Positions 1 through 10,320 are shown, numbered from the stretch's first letter. The stretch is 64,000 nt of DNA from Sulfurimonadaceae bacterium (GCA_041548245.1 JBFESZ010000001.1:57216-121215), one strand, 5' to 3'. Numbers and translations are program-made. Notes: generated by a model from the letters alone, not told the origin.

Positions 1-395
1 TTAAAGGGATGATCGTCTTAGTCATCGCAATCATGATGAACATGCCCGAATCAACGCTATGGGCGATTGCTGTTCTTGCTGTCATCGGTCACTGTTTTTC
101 TGTCTACCTTATGTTTGAAGGCGGAAAAGGTGTTGCAACCGGCCTGGGTGTACTGGCTATTATGCTCCCTATAGAGACGGCTATCGCTTTTGCTGTCTGG
201 TTCCTAGCGGCTAAAACACTGAAAATCTCTTCTTTGTCTTCACTAATTGCGCTTATCGCTTTGGTAAGTTCGTCTTTCATCATGCATCCTGAAATGCCAC
301 ATGCCCCTGTACTTATTATCGGTTTTATCATCATATACAAACATATCCCTAATATTGTTCGTATGGTTCGCGGTGAAGAGAAAAAGGTCATATGA
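1..395 (+). CDS. plsY: Glycerol-3-phosphate acyltransferase PlsY (5' part outside the window)
   Basis: GH..(S/P)..F.GGKGVAT motif, SLSSL and the C-terminal H..NI.R...GEE; the frame is open to the window start. Confidence 0.93.
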   Translation, partial: KGMIVLVIAIMMNMPESTLWAIAVLAVIGHCFSVYLMFEGGKGVATGLGVLAIMLPIETAIAFAVWFLAAKTLKISSLSSLIALIALVSSSFIMHPEMPHAPVLIIGFIIIYKHIPNIVRMVRGEEKKVI

Positions 396-715
396 AGATT
401 CATATAGAAGATCTTCATTTTAAATGCATCATCGGTTTACTTGAACATGAACGACATAATCCTCAAGAGGTTCATGTCGAGCTTAAACTGGAATATGAGT
501 ACACGGATGAGTTCATAAACTACGCAGATCTTGCAATCTTGATTGAGACACGTCTGCAAGAAGGAAAATTCGAGCTGATTGAGACGGCTTTGGAAGAACT
601 TTTTAATCATATAAAACAACAATATCCTCTAACACAACAACTCTATATTAAAATAACAAAGCCTGATATACTCCCTAATTGCCGTGTTTCTGTCTCCAAT
701 GTTAAAAATTACTGA
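392..715 (+). CDS. folB: Dihydroneopterin aldolase
   Basis: IIG...ER..PQ, INYAD and LIET motifs; 4-nt overlap with plsY; conserved plsY-folB order. Confidence 0.85.
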   Translation: MKIHIEDLHFKCIIGLLEHERHNPQEVHVELKLEYEYTDEFINYADLAILIETRLQEGKFELIETALEELFNHIKQQYPLTQQLYIKITKPDILPNCRVSVSNVKNY

Positions 716-722
716 AAGAAGT

Positions 723-773
723 TTTAAATTTTTCTAAAAAAAACTTTAAATTTTTCTAAAACTGTGATATAAT
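723..773 (+). promoter_or_regulatory. hsrA/cosR promoter: 17-bp direct repeat x2 plus extended -10
   Basis: TTTAAATTTTTCTAAAA at 723-739 and 745-761 (22-bp period), then TGATATAAT at 765-773. Confidence 0.65.
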
Positions 774-804
774 CCCTTGAAAATTTTACCTGTGAGGACG
801 CTAA

Positions 805-1476
805 ATGCGCATTCTTATTATAGAAGATGAAGTTACACTTAACAAAACACTTGCGGAAGGTCTAAAAGAGTTCGGCTACCAAAGTGACGTTGTAGAAAAT
901 GTAAAAGATGGTGAGTACTATCTTGATATTCGTAATTACGATTTAGTATTAATGGACTGGATGCTTCCAGACGGCAATGGTATCGATATCATCGGTAACA
1001 TTAAACAAAACACACCTAAGACTTGTGTAGTCGTTATTTCAGCTCGCGATGATAATGAAAGTGAGATCGAAGCACTTAATGCTGGAGCTGATGATTATAT
1101 CCGTAAACCATTCGACTTTGATGTACTTGTCGCTCGTCTAGCAGCACGTCTACGTTTTGGCGGTTCAAATATCATCGAGATCGAAGACCTGATCATCAAT
1201 CCAGAAGAAGAAAAAATTACCTATAAAGAAAGAGATATAGAGCTTAAAGGTAAACCTTTTGAAGTTCTTACCCACCTCGCACGTCACCGTGATCAGATCG
1301 TTTCAAAAGAACAACTGCTTGACGCTATCTGGGAAGAGCCTGAACTGGTAACACCAAATGTCATCGAGGTCGCAATCAACCAGATCCGTCAGAAGATGGA
1401 TAAACCACTTAATATCACGACTATCGAAACCGTTCGTCGTCGTGGTTACCGTTTCTGCTTCCCAAAAGAGGTATAA
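805..1476 (+). CDS. hsrA: OmpR-family homeostatic response regulator (HsrA/CosR type)
   Basis: REC domain plus wHTH with the family-typical GKPFEVLTHLARHRDQIVSKEQLLDAIWEEPELVTPNVIEVAINQIRQKMDKPL; phospho-Asp retained (LMDWMLP). Confidence 0.9.
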   Translation: MRILIIEDEVTLNKTLAEGLKEFGYQSDVVENVKDGEYYLDIRNYDLVLMDWMLPDGNGIDIIGNIKQNTPKTCVVVISARDDNESEIEALNAGADDYIRKPFDFDVLVARLAARLRFGGSNIIEIEDLIINPEEEKITYKERDIELKGKPFEVLTHLARHRDQIVSKEQLLDAIWEEPELVTPNVIEVAINQIRQKMDKPLNITTIETVRRRGYRFCFPKEV

Positions 1477-1484
1477 GCACTTTG

Positions 1485-1508
1485 TTTCAGGACTGATATG
1501 TCCTGAAA
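1485..1508 (+). terminator. Stem-loop after hsrA
   Basis: TTTCAGGAC-TGATAT-GTCCTGAAA followed by a T-rich tract. Confidence 0.6.
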
Positions 1509-1586
1509 GTCCTTCATTTTCATTCGCAATCAAACTTTTACCTTCTTCTGTTATAATTTCTAACCTTAATAGACAAAGAAAACCCA

Positions 1587-2888
1587 ATGCTCATATCTGA
1601 AAAAAGTATACGCCGTCAATTTTTAATTCAATTGCTTATCGCCTCTGCTGCTTTAATATTCATCTTCTCTTCTATCCTATACCTTTTTATCCAGCAGTCT
1701 ATCTATGATGACAAGAAAAAAGAGCTTTTACGTATTGCAAAAAATGTTTGTGCCTATGAATCACTGGAGGTGGTCAAAGAGGGTTCGGATACAATCTTAG
1801 GTCTTAATATAGAGATGCTTATACTTACTGATCACAATGATAATATGGATCTTGTTGAAACAGTTTCCGAGAACAAAGTATTTTTAAGTCTTATCTATCC
1901 ATTCAATCTGAAAGAGAACAGTTTTATCAAAGTAACGACAGATATCACCAATACAAAAAAACTTCTTCAAAAGATTCTTAATTCTATTTTTATTCTCAAC
2001 ATTCTGGGCTTTATCATCATTATCATCTATGCGGTCACTCTCTCGAGTATGCTGATTAAACCCATTACAGCCCTGACAAAACGTCTTGCCAATATGAATG
2101 AAAACTTGATTCGTCCAATTGTCACAGAACAGCTTCCCGTTGAGTTTCTACCCTTGGGTGAGACACTCAACCATCTTATAGCCCGTTTACAAAACTTCGT
2201 CAAATATCAAAAAGAGCTCTTTATCGGCACGGCTCATGAGCTTAAAACGCCTCTTGCCGTCATGAAACTAAAAAACCAGGTCACCCTCATCAAAAAACGA
2301 GAATCGCAAGAGTATATCGATGCCATCAAACTCAATAACAAAACCATTGACGAAATGAATAAGATCATCGCTGATATCCTAAACGTGGGCCGACAAGAAG
2401 GTGCCCAGCTTGAAGCACCACAAGAAGTCGATGTTATTGCTTACTTAAGAGAAAAAGGCAATGACTTCAAACTGCTTGCGGAGAATGAAGCCAAAAACCT
2501 TGAGATGGACTTCCAGCCTGATCTCTTTATGGCGACCCTTCAACCCACTTTGCTTAATCAAATCATACAGAACTTTTTACAAAACGCCTTAAAATTTACG
2601 CCATCTGAAAAAATCGTCCTGCTCAAAAGTTTTCAGACAGAAGCCGGTCTATGTATCCAGGTTATTGATGAAGGACTAGGTGTCGATGAGAGCTTTGATC
2701 ACTTTGCACCATTTAAACGCTCCGGTAATAAGTCGGGTGTGGGTCTGGGGCTTTTCCTATCAAAAAGCGCGGCTGATGCACTAAACGCAAAAATAAGCAT
2801 CAAAAACCGTACTGACGGTGTCACTGGAGCTGTTGCTACCCTCGAATTAAGCTCTTCGCTCAGTTGTGTATTACCAAGAAGCAACTAG
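1587..2888 (+). CDS. Sensor histidine kinase (2 TM, HAMP, HisKA, HATPase), CosS-like partner of HsrA/CosR
   Basis: AHELKTPL H-box, NALKF N-box, DEG.G and GVGLGL G-boxes. Confidence 0.9.
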   Translation: MLISEKSIRRQFLIQLLIASAALIFIFSSILYLFIQQSIYDDKKKELLRIAKNVCAYESLEVVKEGSDTILGLNIEMLILTDHNDNMDLVETVSENKVFLSLIYPFNLKENSFIKVTTDITNTKKLLQKILNSIFILNILGFIIIIIYAVTLSSMLIKPITALTKRLANMNENLIRPIVTEQLPVEFLPLGETLNHLIARLQNFVKYQKELFIGTAHELKTPLAVMKLKNQVTLIKKRESQEYIDAIKLNNKTIDEMNKIIADILNVGRQEGAQLEAPQEVDVIAYLREKGNDFKLLAENEAKNLEMDFQPDLFMATLQPTLLNQIIQNFLQNALKFTPSEKIVLLKSFQTEAGLCIQVIDEGLGVDESFDHFAPFKRSGNKSGVGLGLFLSKSAADALNAKISIKNRTDGVTGAVATLELSSSLSCVLPRSN

Positions 2889-3007
2889 ATCAGATCTATT
2901 ACTAGGCTTTATAACTCAATCAAAAGAATTTAAAATAACTTCAAGCTTTGTTTTGTTATAAATCCCTATATAATTTTTGGGCCTTACAGCCCATGAAAAG
3001 GTAGTTA

Positions 3008-3259
3008 ATGTCTTTATTGATAAATGACGAATGTATCGCCTGTGATGCTTGTCGTGAAGAGTGTCCTACTATGGCAATTGAAGAGGGTGATCCTATCTAT
3101 ATTGTCGATCCGGATCGTTGTACAGAGTGTGTTGGTGACTATGATGAGCCAGCTTGTATTGCGGTGTGTCCTGTTGACTGCTTTGAACCAGATAAAGACA
3201 ACATTGAGACCATAGCTGAGCTGAAGTTCAAATACGAAAATCTTCAAAGAGAAGAGTAA
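3008..3259 (+). CDS. 2x[4Fe-4S] ferredoxin (YfhL family)
   Basis: CIACDAC...CP and CTECVG....PAC...CP motifs. Confidence 0.93.
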   Translation: MSLLINDECIACDACREECPTMAIEEGDPIYIVDPDRCTECVGDYDEPACIAVCPVDCFEPDKDNIETIAELKFKYENLQREE

Positions 3260-3311
3260 TACTTGACTTCTTAACGATCTGAAGACGATCGCAAGGAGCA
3301 AAAGGAAGTCA

Positions 3312-4766
3312 ATGGCAAAACGCACTGCGATCATCGATATCGGATCAAACTCAGTTCGGATGGTGATCTTTGAACGTACCAGTCGTTTTGCTTTTCATCT
3401 CATTCATGAGACAAAATCACGTGTACGTATTAGTGAAAATGCCTACGAAAACGACAACAACCTCCAAAAACCTGCCTTAGAACGAGCCTATAAAGCATTA
3501 AAAGAGTTCCAGCTCACGATTATGCACTACAAAGTAAAAAAGACACTTTGTGTTGCCACTTCAGCACTTCGTGATGCCCCCAACAGGGATATCTTTATTT
3601 CCAAAGTCAAAAAAGAGCTTGGTCTTCATATCAAAGTCATTGACGGTAAAAAAGAAGCCTTCTTAGGCGGAGTCTCTTCAGCTAATCTTTTAAATCTGGA
3701 GACGGCATTGACCATCGATATCGGAGGCGGTTCAACAGAACTTGCCTACTATAAGGACAAAAAGATCATCCACACAACATCTTTGGACCTTGGAACCGTT
3801 CGTTTAAAAGAACTTTTTTTCGACAAAAATGATTTCCAAGGGGCGAAGGACTATGTTTTACAAGAGCTCCAAAAGCTTCCAAGTGAACTTAAACATGAAA
3901 ATATCGTCGGTATTGGGGGGACTCTACGTGCCTTAAGCAAGATGATCATGGAAAAAGAGAAAGTATATTTCAAAAAACTTCATGGTTTTTCTTACGATCT
4001 AAATAAACAAGAAGAGTACTTCGCACAAATATTGTATAGTGATGAGAAGGGCCTGAAAAAGCTCGGTGTAAAAAAAGATCGTTTGGATGTGATACAACCA
4101 GGTCTCTTGATACTGGACCTTCTTGTTAAACATGTGGATGCCAAACAGATGACGACCTCGGGTGTTGGTGTACGAGAAGGACTTTTTCTTACCGATCTCC
4201 TACGTACACAGAATAACCAATTTCCTCAAAACTTCAATCCAAGTGTCAAAAATCTGCTCGATCGTTTCTCTGATCTTAACAAGAGTGAGCTATACCAGGG
4301 GTCTCTTGATATATTCAATCTGACGTCTGCTTATCTTGAGATAGATGAAAAGTATAAAAAGCTCTTTCTTTATGCCGTCAAGCTCAGTCAGGTAGGAGCC
4401 TTCATTGACCTGTATGAAGGAAGTAGGCATGGCTACTATCTTGTGCTGAACGGACTTAATTACGGATTTACCCATAATGAGATCGTGCTTATTGCAACCA
4501 TCATCAGGTTTCAAGGCAAGAAATCACCTGCCGCGCTTCATATGAAGAACTACAGTGCTTACCTTCCATCAGAAAAGATCGTCTCTTCCCTTTGTCTCTT
4601 AAACACACTGGCACAGACACTTTTTAGTGATTTTAATCATGGCAAAGAGCTAAAGCTAGAGATGAAAGAAGGGGCTTTGTGTATAGAAGCTAAAAACAGC
4701 TATCTATTACAAGAGAAACTCAAAGAGATTAGTAAAAACAAGATCCTGGGCATCAAGATCTTATAA
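3312..4766 (+). CDS. ppx: Ppx/GppA exopolyphosphatase
   Basis: IDIGSNSVR, ATSALRDA, DIGGGSTE, GIGGT and GVREG motifs. Confidence 0.92.
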   Translation: MAKRTAIIDIGSNSVRMVIFERTSRFAFHLIHETKSRVRISENAYENDNNLQKPALERAYKALKEFQLTIMHYKVKKTLCVATSALRDAPNRDIFISKVKKELGLHIKVIDGKKEAFLGGVSSANLLNLETALTIDIGGGSTELAYYKDKKIIHTTSLDLGTVRLKELFFDKNDFQGAKDYVLQELQKLPSELKHENIVGIGGTLRALSKMIMEKEKVYFKKLHGFSYDLNKQEEYFAQILYSDEKGLKKLGVKKDRLDVIQPGLLILDLLVKHVDAKQMTTSGVGVREGLFLTDLLRTQNNQFPQNFNPSVKNLLDRFSDLNKSELYQGSLDIFNLTSAYLEIDEKYKKLFLYAVKLSQVGAFIDLYEGSRHGYYLVLNGLNYGFTHNEIVLIATIIRFQGKKSPAALHMKNYSAYLPSEKIVSSLCLLNTLAQTLFSDFNHGKELKLEMKEGALCIEAKNSYLLQEKLKEISKNKILGIKIL

Positions 4767-4776
4767 AATATCTTTC

Positions 4777-7062
4777 TTAGAAGCGCTGTCCGATTGTAAA
4801 TTCAAATGTCGATGTTTGATCACTTGCAAAACTTTCATATGCTCTAGAGAAGATCAACTGAATCGGTCCCATAGGCGAGAACCATTCCACTGCTGCCCCG
4901 TAGCTTGCACGACGTACTCTCTGTTTATCATACGAGTCAATTGAATTTGGATCATCTCCTAACTTTTGACCATAACCTTGCAACCATCCTAGGTCAACAA
5001 ATGAAGTCAAACGAAGTTTAGCCTTTGGCACCAGAGGGAAACTCGCTTCAAAAGAACTCGTTGCCATACTCCTGCCTCCAATGCGTCTACCTAGACCGTC
5101 ACGTGGTGAAAGTGTGTAGGACTCAAACCCGCGGACACTTCCTACACCTCCCATATAAAAACGCTCTGCCGTTGGAAGGTCTGTAGTTGAATTTTCGGAC
5201 TTTTCATCATAGAAGATATGAGAAAATCGTGCTTTATAGCGTAATATAAGATCGAAACCTACATACTCTTCAACACCCTTGTAGGCTCTAAATGTATTAT
5301 TGTTTTTAATAAATTTTGCTGTTCCGCCCAGACCGGCAAACTCGAAGTTTGTACTGATTGAAATACCGTTTCTTGGGACATAAAAATCATCCGTATCATC
5401 ATAATTCAAACCAATATTGATAGCAGATTTCTCATAATCCTCAAAAAGTACGGTATCCACCCCTGTCAAATTAAGATCTGTTGAAATATCACTATATTGC
5501 GATTGAGAATAGCTGTAACCAAGCGATCCGCTCAGAAAACGAGTCAATCGGCGTCCCAAACCAAGACTCAGACCATCGGTAGAGATCGTATAATCATCAT
5601 AATCCGTCTGATTGCTATAGATTGAAGCAGAACCTGAATAATCGCTGTCATTCAGGCGTGGATTGCTTACATTCGTACTAAAACTTTTTGTACGTTGCGA
5701 GGTCTCCGCTGAAAAGCCCAAATTGATCCCCGAACCGAAGATATTTCTATCCGAGATACTCGCGCTTAACAATATGCCACCGAAACTTCCATACCCGCCG
5801 CCAAGCTGAATGTTTCCTGTCTGCGTCTCCTTGACTTTTACGATCAAGTCCATTGTCTGTTCATCAACGCGTTTTTCTTCTATCGTTGTCGATTCGAAAT
5901 AGCCCGTTCTCTGTAGAGAGTTTCTTGAGTCTTTAATATCGGTGAAGTTGTATAGATCACCCGGTGCCAAATATATCTCACGGCGGGTAACCCTATCAAG
6001 AGTTCTCGTATTTCCTGAGATCATTACATCCCTGATATAGACTTTTTTCCCAGGTCTGATCTGATAGATCACTTCTACCGTTTGAGCCTCTTTGTCCTTT
6101 TTAAGATCCGGTGTGATCTTGACATAGGCATACCCCAAATCAGCGATGATCGCTTTAATACGGTCGGAGTCCTCTCTAAATGTCTTTATGTTAAAAGGTT
6201 TATTCAGTTCAAGTTTAATGACGTCTCGTATCTTTTCATCAGCAATGACTTCTGTTGATTGTTGCAGAACGATATTAGTGACTGTATAGACATCTCCCTC
6301 ATAGATCGAATAGGACATGTCTGCCAGATACTGATTGAAGTCAACACGTACAAAAGGATCATCGACTTTTGCATCCAGGTATCCATGCTGCATATACATG
6401 TCACGTATACGCAAGGGATCATACTGAAGTTCTGTCAATTTCATCTCACCATCGTTACGTCCCCAGAACCATCCCATAAACTGATGCTCTTTGTTAGCAA
6501 TGGTATCGTCAAAATCACTTCCTTCAAATGCCGTCATACCCTCAAACGAAAGCTTTTCAATGACTATGTTTTCGCCTTTGTTGACTTTAAAAAGAAGTTC
6601 AATGCTCCCATTGTCGAGTGTTGTCGTCTCCACTTCGACGATCGTATCAATATACCCCTCTTGAGATATCGTTTCTATCAACCTTTTTTTTGCCTTATCG
6701 ACTTTACTTTTATCATATAAAGACCCTTTTTTAAGCTGTAAAAGTTCACTGTTTTCTGCCTCATCACCCTGGCCGTAACCATCAATTTCAATGCGCGATA
6801 TTACTGATTTCTCTTGAAAGTGATAGATCAATACACCATTTTTTTCACTGACCCAGATATCTGTAAAGTAACCAAATTCATAAAAACGTTTTATAGACTT
6901 GTCAATTTTCTTCTCTGATACCACATCATCAATTCCAAATTCCAAACTCTCTCTCGCAACTGCCTCGGAGAGATGGACTAAGCCATCAAACTGTATGTCT
7001 TTCACCATTTTGGCTTGCAGAAGAGTAACAGATAAACATAGTGTCAAAAAGACAAATCTCAT
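4777..7062 (-). CDS. bamA: Outer membrane protein assembly factor BamA
   Basis: Signal peptide, POTRA repeats, VRGF loop motif, C-terminal FEFTIGQRF. Confidence 0.96.
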   Translation of the reverse strand: MRFVFLTLCLSVTLLQAKMVKDIQFDGLVHLSEAVARESLEFGIDDVVSEKKIDKSIKRFYEFGYFTDIWVSEKNGVLIYHFQEKSVISRIEIDGYGQGDEAENSELLQLKKGSLYDKSKVDKAKKRLIETISQEGYIDTIVEVETTTLDNGSIELLFKVNKGENIVIEKLSFEGMTAFEGSDFDDTIANKEHQFMGWFWGRNDGEMKLTELQYDPLRIRDMYMQHGYLDAKVDDPFVRVDFNQYLADMSYSIYEGDVYTVTNIVLQQSTEVIADEKIRDVIKLELNKPFNIKTFREDSDRIKAIIADLGYAYVKITPDLKKDKEAQTVEVIYQIRPGKKVYIRDVMISGNTRTLDRVTRREIYLAPGDLYNFTDIKDSRNSLQRTGYFESTTIEEKRVDEQTMDLIVKVKETQTGNIQLGGGYGSFGGILLSASISDRNIFGSGINLGFSAETSQRTKSFSTNVSNPRLNDSDYSGSASIYSNQTDYDDYTISTDGLSLGLGRRLTRFLSGSLGYSYSQSQYSDISTDLNLTGVDTVLFEDYEKSAINIGLNYDDTDDFYVPRNGISISTNFEFAGLGGTAKFIKNNNTFRAYKGVEEYVGFDLILRYKARFSHIFYDEKSENSTTDLPTAERFYMGGVGSVRGFESYTLSPRDGLGRRIGGRSMATSSFEASFPLVPKAKLRLTSFVDLGWLQGYGQKLGDDPNSIDSYDKQRVRRASYGAAVEWFSPMGPIQLIFSRAYESFASDQTSTFEFTIGQRF

Positions 7063-7166
7063 TCATTAACCTTTTTAATTAAAACAATTTATATTATTAA
7101 GCTCATGAGTCTATCTTGTATGGAGTTAAAATAGAGTAAAAGATTACTCAAATTCTAAAAGAGGGA

Positions 7167-7188
7167 GTGACAACCCGATGGGTGTCAC
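7167..7188. terminator. Intrinsic terminator-like hairpin
   Basis: GTGACAACCC-GAT-GGGTGTCAC with A/T runs nearby, downstream of the 7211-7609 gene. Confidence 0.55.
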
Positions 7189-7210
7189 CTTTTTATACTA
7201 AAAGTTTGTT

Positions 7211-7609
7211 TTAAAGACTTTTTCGTTTTCCCGGTCTGTCTTCAAGTTTTGGCGGTGCTTTTCTCGTTTCACAGGCATCCTTGCATGTCTGCATCCAGGA
7301 GATAGCAAGATTACTCTCAACCCCCTCTTCTTCAAGACTGTTAGCCAGCCAATACGCGGTATCATCACAGCTCAAATTATCGGCATAGCGTTTTCGCACA
7401 CATAATGATGCGAGCTCTTCCAATAATGCATTTTTATCTTTGGCTTCCATCTTGGCATAATGTTCTTCTGTATAGGAAATGTTTTTAAGTTCAAACTTCA
7501 GATCATTTTGATGCTCATACCAATACTGTATCTCTCCACCAAAGAAAAATACCACAATAAAAAAGAGCAGAACAATAGTCGTCAGCTTTCCAAAGTCTAA
7601 ATTTCCCAT
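7211..7609 (-). CDS. Hypothetical membrane-anchored protein with 4 Cys
   Basis: ORF; GGAG RBS before ATG at 7609 (MGNLDFGK); one N-terminal TM helix. Confidence 0.7.
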   Translation of the reverse strand: MGNLDFGKLTTIVLLFFIVVFFFGGEIQYWYEHQNDLKFELKNISYTEEHYAKMEAKDKNALLEELASLCVRKRYADNLSCDDTAYWLANSLEEEGVESNLAISWMQTCKDACETRKAPPKLEDRPGKRKSL

Positions 7610-7813
7610 AAGTTTTCTCCCAAGATATTTTTCAAAAATCATATATATTAACGAAGTATAATATGAAAATACAAATAATAAAAGTTTTTTTTAATATTTT
7701 TCAAATTTAGTGGTACTATAACTGCATATATAGTTAGCTTTACCATGTAAGCAGTCAAAAAAAGGATGAAAAGAGAAGTTTTATATTCAGAGAGTGTAAG
7801 AACGTAAAACGTC

Positions 7814-8125
7814 TTACTTCTCTTGTCCATTACCATAATGTTCAAAGAGGTATTCAGTGACGAGAACGGCATCTTCTTGTGTCATTGGAGCTTTAAAGTG
7901 AACGATCATTTTATCCACTTTCTTTTTCCAGTACTCTTTAGATTGAGGTCCTTGGTTGATGACATAGCCAAAAGAGTGACATGTCAGACATTGGGCCAAG
8001 ACAACATCAAAATGTTCTCCCATCTTTACTTCATATGGAATATACGGGACTTGAATATCTTCTTTTACTTCTGCCGCATTGATTGACAGCACTGTTAGCA
8101 TTGCTAATAACGTATGTTTCATCAT
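7814..8125 (-). CDS. sorB: Monoheme cytochrome c, sulfite dehydrogenase subunit B
   Basis: Signal peptide, CLTCH heme motif, W...V.KM; overlaps the sorA stop codon. Confidence 0.85.
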   Translation of the reverse strand: MMKHTLLAMLTVLSINAAEVKEDIQVPYIPYEVKMGEHFDVVLAQCLTCHSFGYVINQGPQSKEYWKKKVDKMIVHFKAPMTQEDAVLVTEYLFEHYGNGQEK

Positions 8126-9318
8126 TATATTACCTCTATTGTAACTTCGTCTACGCCGTTGTATTTATAACCGCCGTGATTCCATCCGATATCTTTTGCC
8201 AACGGCTGCTCTTCACCAGCCTTGTTGATCGCTTTTGACATGATTTTTTGTTTCCCGTATTTGCTCGGTTTAAAACTGTAACGGAACTCTCTAAACGAGT
8301 AGCGTCCATGAATGTCTTTTCCAAGAACAGCTTCTTCCCATGTCTTGCCTTCATCTGTAGATATCAATACTGAACGGATACCTTTACCCTCGTCCCATGC
8401 AACACCACGTACCGTGATATGCGAGTTATTATGTACTTTTGTCTCATTTGTAGGATACCCTATCATAGACTTGACGTTCATTTTATCAATCGGTTTTGTC
8501 TTTACATGCTCGCCAGGTTGTTCACATTCACAGTCATTGTCCGGAATACGATAAGCAACATCCATAAAGAAAAGTTTCTGATACGTTGTTGTCAAAGTTA
8601 AGTTTGATAGCATCTTAACCCATGAGTCAGAATAGTGTCCAGGGATGATCAGACGTGTTGGGAAACCATTAAGATAAGGCAGTTCTTCGCCATTCATCTC
8701 GTATGCAATGATAACATGGTCATCAAGATCAGCAATATGCATCTCGCGCACAAAGTTCGGTGTTTCGTAATATGCAGCATTGTCCATTCCGTTAAAACCA
8801 ATCCACTCTGCATCTTTTTTAATACCGGCACGATCAAGAACATCTCTTAAGCGTGCACCTTTCCATACAGCATTTCCAACAGCACCATTACCCCACTGGA
8901 TTCCGCCGGCAGTAGGTTTGAATGCAGATCGCCCGTTACCACCACACTGAAGGACAGCTGTTACTTCAACCGGTTCAAATTCGTTTTTCAGTTGTTCCAA
9001 TGTAAATGAAAGTTCACGCTCAACTTCACCGTTAACCTTTAAACGAAACTCTTTTAGGTCTACATGTGTTGGAATTTCTGGCATATGCCAACGAACAAAA
9101 AACTGATCGTTCGGTGTAATTGCCTGTGCGAAAACTTCTCTTGGCGATTCCAAAAGAGGTGGTCTGTCTGAATATGTTATAAGTGGTCTTTTCTGAGGAA
9201 AAGCAACATTTGATACCGCTCTATTATCCACCGGCTGATAAGCGGCTTCCAATGAACTTCCTATAGCTGCCACGCCGGCTACTGCTAATGATTTTTTGAA
9301 AAAATCGCGTCTTTGCAT
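8125..9318 (-). CDS. sorA: Sulfite:cytochrome c oxidoreductase molybdopterin subunit A
   Basis: Tat signal RRDFFK after ATG 9318 (GGAG RBS); FFVRWH, LQCGGNGR (Mo-ligating Cys), NGFP.RLIIPG..S.WVK, Mo-co dimer domain. Confidence 0.9.
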   Translation of the reverse strand: MQRRDFFKKSLAVAGVAAIGSSLEAAYQPVDNRAVSNVAFPQKRPLITYSDRPPLLESPREVFAQAITPNDQFFVRWHMPEIPTHVDLKEFRLKVNGEVERELSFTLEQLKNEFEPVEVTAVLQCGGNGRSAFKPTAGGIQWGNGAVGNAVWKGARLRDVLDRAGIKKDAEWIGFNGMDNAAYYETPNFVREMHIADLDDHVIIAYEMNGEELPYLNGFPTRLIIPGHYSDSWVKMLSNLTLTTTYQKLFFMDVAYRIPDNDCECEQPGEHVKTKPIDKMNVKSMIGYPTNETKVHNNSHITVRGVAWDEGKGIRSVLISTDEGKTWEEAVLGKDIHGRYSFREFRYSFKPSKYGKQKIMSKAINKAGEEQPLAKDIGWNHGGYKYNGVDEVTIEVI

Positions 9319-9427
9319 GATCTCTCCCTTTGCACGTTTTAAAGTGTGAAATAATACCATATTTGTCATCTTCAAAAAAATTAAATTAAGATGATATAAT
9401 ATTCAAAAAAAGTTATTCTAAGGAAAT

Positions 9428-10318
9428 ATGATGTTCTCTTTACGTCAGATTGAACTTTTTATTGCCGTATCCCAGTCACGAACACTCATCGAAGTCGCCA
9501 ACCAATATAAGATGAGTCAATCAGCAATCTCAATGGCACTCAAAGAGCTAGAAGGCCATTTAGATGAAAAACTTTTCGAACGTGTTGGAAAAAAGTTGGT
9601 CCTTAATGAACGTGGACGCCTCTTTTTAAAAGAGGTCCAGCCTCTTTTCCTTGAATTAAAAGGCCTCTATCAGAAGTTTACACAGAACCATTTTAACGGC
9701 GAAATAAACATCGGAGCCAGTTTGACGACAGCACATTACATCATGCCGCAACTGATGACAAGCTATATGAAAAAACGACCGGAAGTCTCGATCAACTTGA
9801 AAATGGCCAATACCGAAGAGATTGTCAGCTTAGTTGAAAACGGCGATATCGACCTTGGATTCATTGAGGGAAGCATTCAATCCTCTTCGGTCACACAGCA
9901 GATTGTCGCACCCGATGAGCTGATTGTCGTTAGTTCCAATAAAGATCTGGAGCATGAACACTATATCGACAGTTTATCTCGTGAAAAATGGGTGTTAAGG
10001 GAAAAGGGCTCAGGAACACGTTCTGTCTTTTTAAACCAGATCAAACCTGTGGATAAGGAGTTGAATATCGTTTTGGAGCTTGAACAGACGGAGACCATTA
10101 AAAACTTTCTGTTGTTAGACCCAAGCTATATCAGTTGCCTTCCGCGAATCTCAGTACTGCAAGAACTTGAAGAGAAAAAACTCTTTCATATACCGATTAA
10201 AAACCATCACTTTATGCGTGACTTCTCTTTAATATTCAATAAAAAGCGGACCCCAACCCTGTTGATGGAAGACTTTCAGGAGCATATATCAGCGTTTATG
10301 AAAGGGATCCAGACATAA
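9428..10318 (+). CDS. LysR-family regulator (CysL/YeiE-like), divergent from sorAB
   Basis: LysR HTH; GAS.T, DLGFIEG and LREKGSGTR motifs typical of the CysL/YeiE/CbbR subgroup. Confidence 0.88.
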   Translation: MMFSLRQIELFIAVSQSRTLIEVANQYKMSQSAISMALKELEGHLDEKLFERVGKKLVLNERGRLFLKEVQPLFLELKGLYQKFTQNHFNGEINIGASLTTAHYIMPQLMTSYMKKRPEVSINLKMANTEEIVSLVENGDIDLGFIEGSIQSSSVTQQIVAPDELIVVSSNKDLEHEHYIDSLSREKWVLREKGSGTRSVFLNQIKPVDKELNIVLELEQTETIKNFLLLDPSYISCLPRISVLQELEEKKLFHIPIKNHHFMRDFSLIFNKKRTPTLLMEDFQEHISAFMKGIQT

Positions 10319-10320
10319 GC

